A stretch of 64,000 nt of DNA, from assembly GCF_963853765.1 (NCBI RefSeq), contig NC_088856.1, positions 34,596,001 through 34,660,000 on the forward strand, read 5' to 3'. A program made the translations under genes and the position numbers. This document shows, one piece after another, positions 62,038 to 64,000 of this stretch. Source of the stretch: Magallana gigas (lineage: Eukaryota). The notes under the pieces were generated by a model that did not search any database, was not told where the DNA came from, and saw only the letters and a list, made by a program, of their open reading frames with translations. Position 1 is the stretch's first letter. Each line of letters starts with the position of its first letter.

Positions 62038-62320
62038 ATAGCGAGCGCAGCTCGCCGGCGCGCAGCGCCGGCGAGCGAAGCGAGCTCTAAGAACCAGTGT
62101 GCGCGGGAAAAAGAACGAGCTAAACCTACAGTTCATCAAACAAAATTTTTTGTCTACGTCCCATAATGCTCTCTAATGTTTTCACCCGTGGTGCTATGCC
62201 AAAAATGGCCGACTTTTAACTCGTAATTTACAGTGACTTAAAGTTTGAAGACACGTTTTGAGTACCGCATATGCTTTGGCGAGACTCAAAAGATTTGTTA
62301 CATGCTTCCATACCTCCGTA
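62038..62320. mobile_element. Helitron-like repeat, copy 2
   Basis: Matches 17328-17610. Perfect 11-bp stem at 62051-62075. Confidence 0.65.
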
Positions 62321-62738
62321 ATGGGTCGAGAAACGTAAACAAAGACGAACAAAGTTATGGATGACGTCACAGTGCACTCGCACTATAGTTCCCGCGATAA
62401 ATTTAGAGGTGGATCAAACATCTGTAATGCTTGTACTAGCTATTTCAGTACAGACTGCGATACCTGCCTCATTGACGTATGATTTGTTTTTAATTTTTTT
62501 TAATATAGAGATTTTATGTATATATATTAGCAAGAGCCATACTTTACTGTCATATCGATCCATTTTTAAGCTAATTGTGCATGAATGAGTAGGGAGGAAA
62601 TAAACAATAGGACATTTTGAAATAAATCAAAAAGGAATAAAATAAAAAAATAAACAGTTAAAAAAATTATGTAGATATGGGATATAGTCAGACCATTAAA
62701 TTTAAAAGTGGGAAATTACACACCTACAAACAGGTACC

Positions 62739-62741
<3 letters not shown>

Positions 62742-62779
<38 letters not shown>
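62742..62779. repeat. (CT)n microsatellite
   Basis: Read directly. Confidence 0.95.
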
Positions 62780-62781
<2 letters not shown>

Positions 62782-64000
62782 GAAGTGGGTTGCGCTGTAT
62801 GTATCATAACCATTAAAATTAGTACCTTTGGCATACTTATTGTAGAGCAATATACTCTCTCAAAAATTTTTGACGTTCGTTGATACCTAAATAAAACTAT
62901 AAGTTGACAATGATGCAAGGTATGTGTACATATAATTCTTGCTGCGCTCGCCAGAACGGTAGCACCGTAAAACATATTAATTATGTATAATGACGGAAAG
63001 AGTTCCATGTCCTTAGTAATTAAAGTATGTCCCAAGTTATTGCTTCCATCACTTTTTGACGATTTTTAATAAAAATTCACATACCTGTGAAAGAAATACA
63101 GTTGAAATAGATAAAAGGGAATCTGTCCAAGATATCTTCATGGAACAATCATCATTTTTCACTAATAAAAGTTCACAGGAACGAAAACAAATTTCTTACG
63201 GAGATTTATAATGGAAAATGTTTACATCTTTTCTCCATTCGGAAGTACTCGGGATACCTCGTGCAATTGTTCAACGTTATCATCCGGGCTTCATGGCTGA
63301 TGCAATGCAAAATCCCCGTAGAAATTTTATTTTTGGCTGTGTATTGAAACCTGAAGCGGTAGATGGGACGTTTCAGAATAGATAATCTGGACATTTTTCA
63401 TATAATTAGTGGATGAACGTAGTTTGAGCACAAAGGTATTCAAGATTATCGAAATATCAAGCAAAAAGTGGTGGAAGCAAAAACTCGGGACAGAGTATAG
63501 AAAAATGACGGCATTTTGGAGAATTAAACTCAAGCGACCAAATAGACTATTAGAAACACATGACTATCGGAAACACATGACGGCACGATACGAAAAATTT
63601 CCTGTTTTATCTAAAGGGTAACGTTAAGTTCAAATTAATGAAAGAGCCACTGTAACAGCCTCGGGCATGAACTTTGATTTTCGCTTGTGACGTTGCATTT
63701 TACAGCGTTCAACGTCTGTGACGTCATAATAAAACTCTTTCATTGGCCAACGCTTTCCACATACTTTACATGCAAAAAAAAAGTGGAATGTAAATATTCG
63801 CAGATTAACGAGCAACTTTCGTTTACATTGGCAAAAATCAACCCACCTGACAACAGACGCTTTCACGGCCAAGTTCACCATTCGTTTCATGATTTGGATT
63901 TAAATATACATTACGTAATTTGGCATGCATAATGCTGCAAATATAAATATTGTATGTAATGCTAACTTAATACTAGGATTTTAATTTTTCAAATCGTTTT

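Overview
This is AT-rich animal genomic DNA with spliceosomal introns, not prokaryotic. The 166-bp satellite and the repeat landscape point to an oyster (Crassostrea/Magallana), which is an inference. Six protein-coding genes can be assembled by hand: an SLC35A2-like nucleotide-sugar transporter (+, 3 coding exons), an intronless class-A GPCR (-), ATRIP (-, 15 coding exons, about 958 aa), two tandem BTB-BACK-Kelch paralogues (+, 2 exons each, the first head-to-head with ATRIP) and a second intronless class-A GPCR (+). There is also a frameshifted GPCR pseudogene fragment, a 5'-truncated LINE and many non-autonomous DNA elements. No CRISPR array, rRNA or true tRNA gene was found. The most unusual observations are: (i) two ATRIP introns contain tandem arrays built from the gene's own splice junctions; (ii) a 128-bp TG..CA element with a 4-bp target duplication carries a tRNA-like Pol III cassette (Helenus-type solo LTR); (iii) the Kelch duplication also copied ATRIP's putative first exon, which lost its ATG in the copy; (iv) several apparently unrelated palindromic repeats share GNA-triloop caps. 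All exon calls are manual and have no transcript support.
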